IMG/VR virus record: IMGVR_UViG_3300030376_001752
Coordinates: 4,118 to 68,117 of that record
Length of the DNA stretch: 64,000 nucleotides
Direction: 5' to 3' (one strand)
Source: a virus
Lineage: Duplodnaviria; Caudoviricetes
Position numbers and translations under genes: made by a program
Notes under the pieces: model-generated
Told to the model about the DNA's origin: nothing
Database searches by the model: none
The model's input: the letters and a program-made list of their open reading frames with translations, nothing else
Shown: piece by piece, positions 51,247 to 62,090 of the stretch
How positions within the stretch are numbered: the first letter of the stretch is position 1
Layout of the letters: the number at the start of each line of letters is the position of its first letter

Positions 51247-53088
51247 ATGGCAATACAATATTTACACGATATTAATTTAAATGACAATGAGCTACAGAAT
51301 GCAAAAGTTCATGTTACTGATACAACGCCTACAGCCGCTGCTGGTCAAATATACTTGCATGAGACATCTGGAACGTTAAGGTTTCACACTGGATCGGGTT
51401 GGGTTACTGTGTCAACAGATACATCAGACGATAATAAATTTATAACAGGTTTATCGTTTAACACTACTTCTGGTGTTTTAACAGCAACATTTAACGATTC
51501 ATCTACTACAACAGTAGATCTTGACGGTAAATACGCTGACGCATCACACACGCATGCTGCAGGTGATATTACATCAGGCACATTTGCGGATGGTAGAATA
51601 CCTAGCTTAAACGCAAGTAAAATATCCGCAGGAACGTTTGCGGATGGTAGAATACCTAATTTAGGTGCATCAAAAATCACAAGTGGTACTTTTGCTGACG
51701 CAAGAATAGCATCTTCAAATGTTACTCAACACGTTGGTGATATTGTTCACGATAGCTTATCTGGCTTTGTAGCTAATGAGCATATTGACTGGACTGCAGA
51801 TTATAGTGCTACAGATCAAATTGATGCTGCTAACATACCAAATTTAGGTGCAGGTAAAATAACTAGTGGTACTTTAGGAACAGCACGAATACCTGATTTA
51901 GCAGCTTCTAAGATAACTTCTGGCACTCTTGGTGATGCAAGGATTCCTAGTTTAGCAGCTAGTAAAATAACATCAGGTACTTTCGATGCCGCTAGAATAC
52001 CAAACTTAAATGCTTCTAAAATAAACGCTGGTACAATAGCAGTTGCACAAGGTGGTACTGGTGCTGCTACATTAGACGGTGCTGGTATTGTTACAAAGTC
52101 AGGCACTCAAACACTTAGTGGTGCTAAAACATTTAGTGGCAATGTAACTATAAATGGTGATTTAACTGTATCTGGTAACCAAACAACTAAAAACTCTGAA
52201 GTTGTATTAATTGAAGATAATATAATTACTCTTAATAGTAATGAAACTGGCTCACCTAGTGAAGACTCTGGTATACTAGTTGAAAGAGGAACAGGTACAA
52301 ACGTACAGTGGATATGGGATGAGAGTGCTTCAAGATGGGGTGCTTTTGGTGGTGAATCAATGGACACTAAAGGAAACGTTGGTGTAGGAACATTATATGC
52401 TGATACAATTGATGCAACAAACTATGGTTTAATTGCAAGTGATATACCAAACCTTGCTGCTTCTAAAATTACATCTGGAACATTAGGTACAGCTAGAATT
52501 CCTAACTTAGCTGCTTCTAAAATTAATTCAGGAACACTTGATGCTGCTAGAATACCAACACTAGCATTTGGTACTAAAACTTCTGGCACTGTAGGTGTTG
52601 ACCGTGGTGGTACTAACGCTACGGCGTTTGCTGATAAATCAGTTATTGTTTCACAAGATAGTGGTACAGATACTTTACAGGCAAAAGCAATGACTGCTAG
52701 TGGATCATTATTAATTGGTGGTGCTAGTGGTCCTGAAGTTGCAACATTAACAGAAGGTTCTAACATTACTATAACTAATGCAGATGGAGCAATTACAATT
52801 GCATCTTCTGTTAGTACATCAGATATTAACACTCAGATCGATGCTAGATCTAGTGCTCATACAATTACTGGTGATGGTAACGATGTTGAGTTCACAATTA
52901 CTTATGGATTTACTGCAGCTGCAACAAACGATGTTATGGTACAAGTTGTTGATAGTTCTGGTGATCACGACGGTGATACAGTGTTTGCTGAGGTTGAAAG
53001 AGATTCAACTACTCAATGTAAAATTAAATTTGCTTCTGCACCTGCTAATAACAAAACGTATAGAGTGCTTTGCTTTAAAATAGCATAA
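51247..53088 (+). CDS. Tail fibre with 18-aa repeats
   Basis: About 10 copies of IPxLxASKITSGT(F/L)xxAR in three clusters. Confidence 0.8.
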   Translation: MAIQYLHDINLNDNELQNAKVHVTDTTPTAAAGQIYLHETSGTLRFHTGSGWVTVSTDTSDDNKFITGLSFNTTSGVLTATFNDSSTTTVDLDGKYADASHTHAAGDITSGTFADGRIPSLNASKISAGTFADGRIPNLGASKITSGTFADARIASSNVTQHVGDIVHDSLSGFVANEHIDWTADYSATDQIDAANIPNLGAGKITSGTLGTARIPDLAASKITSGTLGDARIPSLAASKITSGTFDAARIPNLNASKINAGTIAVAQGGTGAATLDGAGIVTKSGTQTLSGAKTFSGNVTINGDLTVSGNQTTKNSEVVLIEDNIITLNSNETGSPSEDSGILVERGTGTNVQWIWDESASRWGAFGGESMDTKGNVGVGTLYADTIDATNYGLIASDIPNLAASKITSGTLGTARIPNLAASKINSGTLDAARIPTLAFGTKTSGTVGVDRGGTNATAFADKSVIVSQDSGTDTLQAKAMTASGSLLIGGASGPEVATLTEGSNITITNADGAITIASSVSTSDINTQIDARSSAHTITGDGNDVEFTITYGFTAAATNDVMVQVVDSSGDHDGDTVFAEVERDSTTQCKIKFASAPANNKTYRVLCFKIA

Positions 53089-53111
53089 CAATTAAATTAA
53101 AATAAAATAAA

Positions 53112-53297
53112 ATGATAATTAAAGTAGAATATGATAAATCAGATGCTACTTTAACGCTCACAAAAGACGATAATATAGTTGCTGTTATCAATGACAATAC
53201 GGTTGTTGATAATAGCGACACATTATCTTTTGAAATAGCGTTAAACGTATCTCAATATCAAGAACAATTTTTAATAGATGGCGAACCTAACGAGTAG
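53112..53297 (+). CDS. Small hypothetical protein
   Basis: 61 aa between tail genes. Confidence 0.55.
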   Translation: MIIKVEYDKSDATLTLTKDDNIVAVINDNTVVDNSDTLSFEIALNVSQYQEQFLIDGEPNE

Positions 53298-55824
53298 TCA
53301 GTCTGGTAACTGGACAAGCTCTTCAACTTGGGGAGGTTCCACTCCTGCTGACGGAGACACATTTACTATTTCACAAGGACATATAGTAACAGTAAACTCT
53401 GATCAAAGAGCTGGTACTGGTTTTGGTGATATACTTGTTAGAGGTAATCTACATTTTGCAACTAACGGTAAAATTAGAATTAACGGTAGAATTACTGTAC
53501 AAGGTAATGGTTCTACTGATTATTCTAAAAGTGGTGGTGTTTCCGCACAAGACTTTACTGAAGGTGGTAGTTCTTCTGGTGCTTTATTATCTGCTACAGG
53601 TAACAACATACATTTAGAATTTGAAGGTACTGATGCTGATCAACATGGTATATGGGTAGAAAACATAAGCTATTCATCTTGGAAGTTTATAGGTGATGAT
53701 AGTGTAACAACCACAGAGTTAAGCGCTGTTGCTAATACAAATGATGATTATATAACTGTTGATAGCGCTACTGGTTTTGGTATTGGAGATTGGGTTGCAA
53801 TATACAAAGGAGTAGGAACTAATAGATATTACCATGGAGATGAAGGTTGTTGGGTTCATGATGTTGATACATCTAATAATAGAATATATGTAAAAAAGTT
53901 TGTAGGTCCTAAGGCAATAGTTTCTTCTGCCAGCGGTACTTCCTTAGTTGTTGATCACACTAAAATATTCAGAGTAGGCTACAAAATTATATTCGGCACA
54001 GGAAGTAATAGAAACACAAGAACTATAACCGCAATAAATCACACAACAAATACATTAACATTAAATTCTACTATATCTGGTACTATATCAAGTGGTACTG
54101 AGGTATATGAAACTGGTTTAGATAAAAAGCACGCGGTCGACTGTAAAGTTAGGGTTAATGCGCATGTGCTTACTAGCGCTGGCGCTGTTGGTGATACTAC
54201 AGTAACTGTTAGCGATGCAACAGATATAAGTGTTGGACATACCATAAATATTGATGTTAATAATGATGTTGATACAAATTGGGATTATAATAGCGAATAC
54301 GAAGTTACTAATAAAAGTGGTAACACATTAACAATTAGTCCAGCTCTAGGACACGTTAGAAAAGTTGGTAGTTTAGTACAAAGATTAGATAGATCAATAA
54401 CAATAGAAGGTGTAGATACAGATGTTAGAGCTTTTTGCTACGTAGAATATGATACTGATAGTAATAGAGCTGGTACAAGAGAAATTGGTTTAAAAGATAT
54501 ACGTTGGTACAGAATGGGTGGTAATACTAATAATAATTTTTACCGCGGTGCTTGTATGGTTGCTGGTTATAATAGTGATATTGGTACTGGTTATGCTACA
54601 AACTCAAGAGAAGATTATCAAAGTGGTTATCAAAATTGTGTAGTGCATGACTCAAATAATAAGAATAATTACACTGGAATGAACAGTAGGCATGCTATAG
54701 GTTTTATTTGGAGAAATTGCATTTCAGTTAATGCTGGTCAAAGAGCTTATTGGCAATGGTCGTCTCATTACAACGTACAGTTTGTAAATAACTACGGTAC
54801 AAGAAATGCTTACGCTACTGTAGATAACGGCGCGATGTATGATAACCCAGAATACGCATACAATTACTCAACAAGATCTGATGATTATGCTTGGCTGCTT
54901 CATCACATGAGAAACATAAACTCAATACATAATAACATTTTCTTAAATCACGAGCAAAGACCTTTTTATATATATTACCAAACATCTGGAATACAATTTA
55001 GAAGAATGCATTTTGATGGTTTTAGAAATATACCTTATATAGGTATGGGTGGTGGACCAGTTGAATTTAGAGATTCATATTTTCAAAACAAATATTATAA
55101 ACACATACCAGGTACATACGCTGGTTATACAGACACTTTTGGCGTTGTGGATGCAAATGATTATATGGGTAATAGCGGTTGGGACGGTAGAGCTGATTAC
55201 ACTAGAAACCCAGGTTTTGGTATGTTAAGTGAGTGGTTTGATTGGAATTTTGAAGAAAATAAAACCGCTGTTGTAGAGGCAACAAACTTGATATGGCAAG
55301 AAAACCAAGACAAGATATGGGGTCTTGTTAATTTAAGATCAGAACATGCGTTAGCCTGTCAATCTCATATATACGTACCACCAAATACAAGTGTTACAAT
55401 AACAGGTGAATTTAAAGGTCAAGCTAGTGGAAGTTATACAAGACCTTATTTACTCGCTAGAAAAGCAACTGAAAGATGGATGGGTAGATACTCAATTTTA
55501 AGTGGAGAGCATACATCAACTTTTAATCTTAGTAGCAGTAGTGATGTTAAAAATAGTAATGTGTATGGTTTTTTAGAACAAACACAATTTACTGAATCTA
55601 GTTACGGTGCTTGGGAACAAAAAACATTAACTTTAGATGCACAGAAATATGGCTATAAATTAATAGCTGGTTACAAAATAGCTAGTAACAATCAAGAAGA
55701 AATAGGCTATGTAAAAGATTTAGAAATAACACTTGGCTCAAAATCAAAAATGAAGTCAAGACATTTTGAATCAAGATCAATACATAGCGGTGCTAGTAAA
55801 AAACGAATATCAGGAAGAATTTAA
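53278..55824 (+). CDS. Tail spike-like protein (G8-like N-terminus, beta-helix)
   Basis: 'SSQSGNWTSSSTWGGSTP..GD' N-terminus; Asn/Tyr-rich central repeats. Confidence 0.6.
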   Translation: MANLTSSQSGNWTSSSTWGGSTPADGDTFTISQGHIVTVNSDQRAGTGFGDILVRGNLHFATNGKIRINGRITVQGNGSTDYSKSGGVSAQDFTEGGSSSGALLSATGNNIHLEFEGTDADQHGIWVENISYSSWKFIGDDSVTTTELSAVANTNDDYITVDSATGFGIGDWVAIYKGVGTNRYYHGDEGCWVHDVDTSNNRIYVKKFVGPKAIVSSASGTSLVVDHTKIFRVGYKIIFGTGSNRNTRTITAINHTTNTLTLNSTISGTISSGTEVYETGLDKKHAVDCKVRVNAHVLTSAGAVGDTTVTVSDATDISVGHTINIDVNNDVDTNWDYNSEYEVTNKSGNTLTISPALGHVRKVGSLVQRLDRSITIEGVDTDVRAFCYVEYDTDSNRAGTREIGLKDIRWYRMGGNTNNNFYRGACMVAGYNSDIGTGYATNSREDYQSGYQNCVVHDSNNKNNYTGMNSRHAIGFIWRNCISVNAGQRAYWQWSSHYNVQFVNNYGTRNAYATVDNGAMYDNPEYAYNYSTRSDDYAWLLHHMRNINSIHNNIFLNHEQRPFYIYYQTSGIQFRRMHFDGFRNIPYIGMGGGPVEFRDSYFQNKYYKHIPGTYAGYTDTFGVVDANDYMGNSGWDGRADYTRNPGFGMLSEWFDWNFEENKTAVVEATNLIWQENQDKIWGLVNLRSEHALACQSHIYVPPNTSVTITGEFKGQASGSYTRPYLLARKATERWMGRYSILSGEHTSTFNLSSSSDVKNSNVYGFLEQTQFTESSYGAWEQKTLTLDAQKYGYKLIAGYKIASNNQEEIGYVKDLEITLGSKSKMKSRHFESRSIHSGASKKRISGRI

Positions 55825-55834
55825 AATATAAAAC

Positions 55835-58800
55835 ATGGCAATACCGTTTTTAAATAACATAACAATAGATAAAGCTGGTCACATACAGTTTAAAACAGCT
55901 GCAGGTGCTAACGCTGGTAAAATAGATCAAGACGGAAACAATTTAGTTTTAACTAATGCTGTTGGTGATATTTTATTAGGTGATGGTTCATCTGACGTGT
56001 ATATTGGTGACGGTACAAATAATGTTGATATTATATTTGAACAGTCTGGTAGTATAAAAGGTGACGGTAGCGCAGTAACACTTACATTAGGTGGTGCTAA
56101 TACAACATTAAATTTAGAAAACCCAAATATAAATGGTGCATTATCACTAAGTGGTGCTACAACCATAAGCAACAAACTTACATTTACCACTTCAAACGGT
56201 TATATATTATTTGATTACGAGCCATCAGGAGATACGGGTGAATATTCTACAGAAACACCTTTACTAAAAGTTGACATGAATGGATCAGAGTCAACAATAC
56301 TATCAAGAATAAGTGAATATAGAGCTGTTGCTTTAGGTATTGACGATACAGTATGGTTGAGAGCTGGTGACACTGGATCTGTTATAAAAGCAAATGTAAA
56401 CTTATCAGCTGAGCAAGTTCTTATGTCAGCTGAAGGTGGTTTCCACGCATATGGTTTTCCTGGTAATGATACAGCTTGGTCAAATAGAGTAGAATTTAAA
56501 TTTAGAGCAGATAGCACAACAGCTAGTGATAATGGGTTATACATAGGTGATGGTGGTAATACACAATTTATAGATTTAAGTAGAAACTTAAAAAATATTG
56601 GAACAATAAATTCTGGAGCTATAACTTCCACAGGTACGGTAACGGCAAATCAAATAAACCTAGACTCTGTAGGTGATTATATAACTTTTTATGGTGGTGG
56701 TGAAACAAACCACTCTATTACATCTAGAGAATTAGGTGGTGGAACTGGAGATGATATAAGAATAAATACATATGGCTCTTTTATTGTGAATTTAGATTCA
56801 AACAATAATCAAACGTCTGCGGCTAACTCTAGTTTCTTTGTTGGTAGACATGGGGGTAATGCTTCTGGAATATCTGGTAATAATCTTTTATTTCAAATAG
56901 ATGGAGCAACTGGTAACGTTCTTCCCGGTGCAGATAGCACTCATGATTTAGGTACTTCATCAAATAGATGGGCAAACATATACGCAGATACACTATATGG
57001 TGATGGTAGTAATTTAACAAACATATCAGCAACTGATAGCACAAAGCTACCTTTATCTGGTGGTACTTTAACTGGTGACGTTACGTCTAATTCTGTTATA
57101 ACGGCAGATACACTTAAATTGACAAATGATGCCACTGATACAACTAGAAATAGAATTTCAGTATACGATTCAGGTGCCGTATCATACGGTATGATGTTAT
57201 GGAACGCTAATGGTACTTCAGGAGATTGGGCTACAATGATTTACGGTCCAAACCAAGCTAATAGAAGAATATCGTTTGGTAAAGCTAATTCAAACTTTGC
57301 AACTAATCACGCGGGTGTAGATGAACTAGCTTGGTTAGATTTAGATAATGGTAATTATTTTACTGATGGTAGCATGTACCCGTCAAATCAAACAACACAC
57401 TATGTAAGTTCAGGAAGAATACAAAACTGGCAAACTGCATATACACATTCACAAGCCGATCACGCGCCTAGTAATGCTGATGCTACACCATCATGGGTTC
57501 CAAGTTCTGATCCTGGTTATTTAACATCATCATCTACACAATCAAAATATTTAAGAAGTGATGCAGATGATACAGCCACTGGTCAAATAACTTTAGCTGA
57601 TAGTAATGCTTCTGATAGTCCCTTAATATTAGGTAGTAGTTCTCAAACAACCTATACTCTTCAACAATTTAGAACTTCTTCACACGGGTTAAACGCCGCT
57701 TATTTAATTGCGTATGGTGCTAGTCATGGATCGCAAGCAGGTAACTTTGCAATTAAAAATACGTTAAGTGGTAAAAACATATTTTTTGAAGTTGATGGCG
57801 TGGTTCCTTTAAAGTTAGAAAACGGTACTTCAACTATAACTGGAAATTTATTTGTAACTGGTGATTTAAATATAACAGGTGATATAAATTCTTACAATGT
57901 TACAGATTTAGATGTAGTTGATAAAACCATAACAATTGGTAAAGGCCAAACAGAAGCTAACTCAGGTGGTTCGGGTATTATTGTCGATGGTGCTAGCGCT
58001 AGTATTTTATGGGACGAATCTAATACTCTTTTTGATTTCAATCAAAATATTAATATAGAAACTGGTAGTATCGCTTTAGGTGGTGATGTTACTTTATTTA
58101 GAGACGGTGCTAACATACTAAGAACAGATGATGCTTTTCACGCTAACAATAATGTTTATGTTGGTGGTGCAGGTAAGTTATATGATAGAGCGGATAATAA
58201 TAATTACATCGAACTAGCCGATACAATACAAGTATCTACAGATACAAAAATATCAGGTAATCTTACTGTAGGTCCATCAGCAACTACTGGTGGTAGAATA
58301 TTAGCTCAAACATATACATCTGCAGATAGATTAGGTGTAATAAGTTCTCACGCTTCTAGTGGTAATCTTTTAATAGGTTATGGTGCTGAAGGAAAAACAA
58401 GTTCAAGTGGAGATTTTGTTTCTACATACGGTAACTTTAGTGGTGGTCACTCAGCTTTATCTGTTTCTGGTACACATCTTCGTTGGTACTCAGAAGCATC
58501 AAACTCAACAACATCTGTAGGTAGTGATTTAACATTAGCAAACGTATTTAGTGTTGATAGATCTGGTAACGTAGCTTTATCAGGTACTGTTGATGGTGTA
58601 GATATAGCGGCGCTTGCTGCTGCAAACACAGGTGATCAAGATTTAAGTGGACTTGTTACAAAAGCTAGTGCTCAAACAATATCAGGTGCTAAAACGTTTA
58701 GCGTGATGCCAACTTTTAACGCTGACACATTACACAATGGTCATATTTACGGTAGATCTGTAAATGATGAAGCTTCTAGATTATATAGATTTGGTGGTTT

Positions 58801-61021
58801 ATGGTTAACTTGGGATAGTGATAGTTATGGAACTAATTTCAATCACTCAATAACATCTACAGACAACGGAACATATAGTGATAGTATTACTATTAATTCA
58901 TTTGACAAAGTTAGAATTAATATTGATAGTAATAATAATGATTCTGCTTCTACATTTAGTATTGGTAAACATGGAACTGGAACAAGTGGAACTTTATTAA
59001 CACTTGATGAAGATGGTGATTTAACAATAACAAGAGATTTATATGCAAATAAGGTTGTAGTAGGTAGTGATCAAGATACTTATATAGAAGATGTAGGCGA
59101 CTCAACAATGCAGTTTGTTGTTGGTGGTATTCTTTCATCACAACTACAGAGCGGTGGTAATCTTATATTGTCGGGTACAATATCAGGAACTAGTGGTACT
59201 TTTACAGGTAATGTTACTATAGATAAAAACACGCCTAAACTTACGTTAGGAGAAGTTAACAACACAGTTGGTAATGCTAAAATTCAACTTTACAGCAAAA
59301 ATAATAACGTTGCAAATGGATTTGCAATACAATACAATAAAAATACTAATATTGATAGACTAGAATTTATTGATGGTGGTGGTACAGCGGCTTTTCAATT
59401 TCATAATGGAGGTACCGCAACATTTGAGGGTGATATAACTGCTAATGGCACTGTGTTAACCGGTAATCAAGATATTTCTGGAATAGCAACAAATGCTACT
59501 GCGATTAGTAATATAACTAGTTTCCCTGGTTTTGGTACAACTTCAGGAACTGCATTAGAAGGAGACACATCAATACCAGTTGACTTAACAGTTGATGGAG
59601 CTGGAACAGTACACGCTAACAATTATACAAATACAACTTATTCTGTAGGTGATGGTGGTTTAACACAAAATAACCTTACAAACGCGTTAAAAAGTAATTA
59701 CGACACAGCATATACGCACTCACAAGCAGCTCATGCTCCTAGTAATGCAGAGCAAAATGTACAATCTGATTGGAACGCTACATCAGGTGACGCGTTTATA
59801 AATAACAAACCTACTATACCATCAGGCAACGCAATTATAGACTGGACAGCTGAAAACGCTGGTACAATACACACTAGTAATTTTGCAGATAATAATACTT
59901 TTAGAACTGTAGAGATTGATAGTAATGGTAATGGTTCTGTTAACAGTACTTTAACCTCGTCTGAAACATTAAGGCTTAAAAAAGGATCTAATGTAAGTTT
60001 ATCAGAATCTTCTGGTGTTGTAACTATATCAGCTACAAACACCACCCCTACAACAACTAACGTAAGAGCGGCTGGAGCTTTAATGGATGATGAATGTGCT
60101 AGTTTAGGACATGTAAAAGCAATTGATCAAAGTCTAGAAGACGGTGCTTCGCCAGTGTTTAGTACAGAAAACATGACAGACGCTACAAACAAACGTTTTG
60201 TTCTTGATGCTGACGCTACTAAGCTTGGTTATATAACAATTACAGGCGCTCAAGATTTAGACAGTGTATCAACAAGAGCTAATAATGGTCATACTGCTTT
60301 TGGTTGGGGCAATCATGCAAGTGCTGGTTATAGTACGGCTACAGGAGTAGCAAATAATGCAGACGTAACACCTTCTTGGGTACCAAGTTCTAATCCTAAC
60401 TATTTAACTGTTTCAGAATCTGTACAAGTTAATAATAATTCTGGTTTATATAAAGGGTCTGGTAATAGTCCAACTTTACGATTTGATTCAAACAACTTAA
60501 TTAGTTTTGACACGGAATCAAACGAGATTACTCATTTAGTAGGAAAAGATGATGAAGATGCTAGTACAAAAGTCACAGCTGATCAGTTTATGTATCAAAC
60601 AATTGTTTGTCATTTCTCACAATCAGGAGGATCTACGTCTGACTTTTTAATACCTATGAATCACAACTCTGAATCTACATCAGCTCAATACTATCACATG
60701 TGGGCTCCACCTCATAATGGAAGGGTAGAAACAATGATAATGAAACACGGTCATGGATCTGCACCTAGTTTAGCTTCAACTGCTCCAACAAGATTTAGAA
60801 TAGCTAAAAACAGTACTTCAGCCTCGTATTCATCTAGTTATAAAACAAGGGTGAGAGTTGAAGGTAGAAGTGATGATTATTACTCGTATATACGTCAAGA
60901 TAATATCAATTTCGCTTTCAACGCTGGCGATAGAGTTTATTTTAAATTCCAAAACTCTTCTTCATCAACATTATGGAGAAACTGTAGTGTTTCAATAGTA
61001 GTAAGATATAATTTAGTATAA
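55835..61021 (+). CDS. Long tail fibre (1728 aa)
   Basis: Gly/Thr/Ser-rich modular fibre; internal repeats 'AYTHSQAxHAPSNA' and 'TPSWVPSS.P.YLT'. Confidence 0.8.
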   Translation: MAIPFLNNITIDKAGHIQFKTAAGANAGKIDQDGNNLVLTNAVGDILLGDGSSDVYIGDGTNNVDIIFEQSGSIKGDGSAVTLTLGGANTTLNLENPNINGALSLSGATTISNKLTFTTSNGYILFDYEPSGDTGEYSTETPLLKVDMNGSESTILSRISEYRAVALGIDDTVWLRAGDTGSVIKANVNLSAEQVLMSAEGGFHAYGFPGNDTAWSNRVEFKFRADSTTASDNGLYIGDGGNTQFIDLSRNLKNIGTINSGAITSTGTVTANQINLDSVGDYITFYGGGETNHSITSRELGGGTGDDIRINTYGSFIVNLDSNNNQTSAANSSFFVGRHGGNASGISGNNLLFQIDGATGNVLPGADSTHDLGTSSNRWANIYADTLYGDGSNLTNISATDSTKLPLSGGTLTGDVTSNSVITADTLKLTNDATDTTRNRISVYDSGAVSYGMMLWNANGTSGDWATMIYGPNQANRRISFGKANSNFATNHAGVDELAWLDLDNGNYFTDGSMYPSNQTTHYVSSGRIQNWQTAYTHSQADHAPSNADATPSWVPSSDPGYLTSSSTQSKYLRSDADDTATGQITLADSNASDSPLILGSSSQTTYTLQQFRTSSHGLNAAYLIAYGASHGSQAGNFAIKNTLSGKNIFFEVDGVVPLKLENGTSTITGNLFVTGDLNITGDINSYNVTDLDVVDKTITIGKGQTEANSGGSGIIVDGASASILWDESNTLFDFNQNINIETGSIALGGDVTLFRDGANILRTDDAFHANNNVYVGGAGKLYDRADNNNYIELADTIQVSTDTKISGNLTVGPSATTGGRILAQTYTSADRLGVISSHASSGNLLIGYGAEGKTSSSGDFVSTYGNFSGGHSALSVSGTHLRWYSEASNSTTSVGSDLTLANVFSVDRSGNVALSGTVDGVDIAALAAANTGDQDLSGLVTKASAQTISGAKTFSVMPTFNADTLHNGHIYGRSVNDEASRLYRFGGLWLTWDSDSYGTNFNHSITSTDNGTYSDSITINSFDKVRINIDSNNNDSASTFSIGKHGTGTSGTLLTLDEDGDLTITRDLYANKVVVGSDQDTYIEDVGDSTMQFVVGGILSSQLQSGGNLILSGTISGTSGTFTGNVTIDKNTPKLTLGEVNNTVGNAKIQLYSKNNNVANGFAIQYNKNTNIDRLEFIDGGGTAAFQFHNGGTATFEGDITANGTVLTGNQDISGIATNATAISNITSFPGFGTTSGTALEGDTSIPVDLTVDGAGTVHANNYTNTTYSVGDGGLTQNNLTNALKSNYDTAYTHSQAAHAPSNAEQNVQSDWNATSGDAFINNKPTIPSGNAIIDWTAENAGTIHTSNFADNNTFRTVEIDSNGNGSVNSTLTSSETLRLKKGSNVSLSESSGVVTISATNTTPTTTNVRAAGALMDDECASLGHVKAIDQSLEDGASPVFSTENMTDATNKRFVLDADATKLGYITITGAQDLDSVSTRANNGHTAFGWGNHASAGYSTATGVANNADVTPSWVPSSNPNYLTVSESVQVNNNSGLYKGSGNSPTLRFDSNNLISFDTESNEITHLVGKDDEDASTKVTADQFMYQTIVCHFSQSGGSTSDFLIPMNHNSESTSAQYYHMWAPPHNGRVETMIMKHGHGSAPSLASTAPTRFRIAKNSTSASYSSSYKTRVRVEGRSDDYYSYIRQDNINFAFNAGDRVYFKFQNSSSSTLWRNCSVSIVVRYNLV

Positions 61022-61022
61022 A

Positions 61023-61565
61023 ATGGCAAATATAAACGACAACATAAGAGGTAAAAAATTATTTAAATCTGGTAGCTCAGGACAGTTAGCTGTTAAGGGT
61101 AGCGATGGTGAAATAACAATATCAAGTGAAAAAGCTACAGAGCTATCTGCTTTAACAGATATATCTGAAATTTATAACGACGAAGCTTTATTCCAGACAA
61201 ATAAGTTTTTATTAAAACAAATAGAAGATTTAAGAGCAGACGTAGAAGAACTACATGCTTTTACAAAAGCTGCTTTCGGTAAAGACTCTTCACAAGCTTC
61301 ATCAAAAGGTAGCAAGGGCGACACAGGTTCACAAGGACCAAAAGGTGATAAAGGTGATAAAGGTGATACTGGAGCAACTGGATCTCAAGGACCTAAAGGT
61401 AATACTGGTGCTACAGGCGCGGCTGGTGCTGATGGTAAAGACGGTAAGGATGGTAGTGACGCTTCTGTTAGTGGAGTTTCTTCAGATGTAGTCGTGGTAG
61501 TTAACTCTAAGGGAAGTACAAAGACACTAGAATTTACTAACGGACTACTGAAAACGGTTAGTTAA
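61023..61565 (+). CDS. Collagen-like (G-X-Y) virion protein
   Basis: About 17 G-X-Y triplets at about 61308-61460. Confidence 0.8.
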   Translation: MANINDNIRGKKLFKSGSSGQLAVKGSDGEITISSEKATELSALTDISEIYNDEALFQTNKFLLKQIEDLRADVEELHAFTKAAFGKDSSQASSKGSKGDTGSQGPKGDKGDKGDTGATGSQGPKGNTGATGAAGADGKDGKDGSDASVSGVSSDVVVVVNSKGSTKTLEFTNGLLKTVS

Positions 61566-61586
61566 GGTAAAAAACGTGAAAATAGC

Positions 61587-61597
61587 GTAATAATATA
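61587..61597 (+). promoter_or_regulatory. Candidate middle/late promoter motif GTAATAATATA
   Basis: Intergenic, heads the terminase operon. Confidence 0.45.
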
Positions 61598-61627
61598 AAT
61601 AAGTTAAATTAAATTAAAATTAAAATT

Positions 61628-61894
61628 ATGGCAAAGAAAACAGATGATTTAAAAATCACAGACGAGCAATTACAAAACTTACAAGGTAAGATTAAAATTA
61701 TTCAAAACATACAGACAGAAGTTGGTATGCTAGAAGCTAGAAAGTTTAACATGCTTAATCAACAAGCTATGCAGCAAGTTGAACTAGGAAAATTGCAAAA
61801 AGAACTAGAAGAAGAGTACGGAAAAGTTAACATAAGCGTTGCTGATGGTACTATAACAGAGGTTGAAGAAGATGAAGCTGATAAGAAAGATTAG
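61628..61894 (+). CDS. Coiled-coil hypothetical protein
   Basis: 88 aa. Confidence 0.65.
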   Translation: MAKKTDDLKITDEQLQNLQGKIKIIQNIQTEVGMLEARKFNMLNQQAMQQVELGKLQKELEEEYGKVNISVADGTITEVEEDEADKKD

Positions 61895-62090
61895 TATAGG
61901 TAAAGACTATAAGAACGAAGCAATGCATTATTCTGTAGATCAAGAGGTTTATGGAGGACATATTATTGATAGTATAGTTGAAAACGAAGATAAATTTTGT
62001 ATATTTATTAAAAAACAAGACGAAGTGCTACCATGGAAAGAGTTTAATAAAAACATGGCTATCGCAGTAGAATTTAACTTGGAGTATTAA
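61872..62090 (+). CDS. Hypothetical protein
   Basis: MKLIRKISIGKDYKN...; start moved to 61872. Confidence 0.65.
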   Translation: MKLIRKISIGKDYKNEAMHYSVDQEVYGGHIIDSIVENEDKFCIFIKKQDEVLPWKEFNKNMAIAVEFNLEY

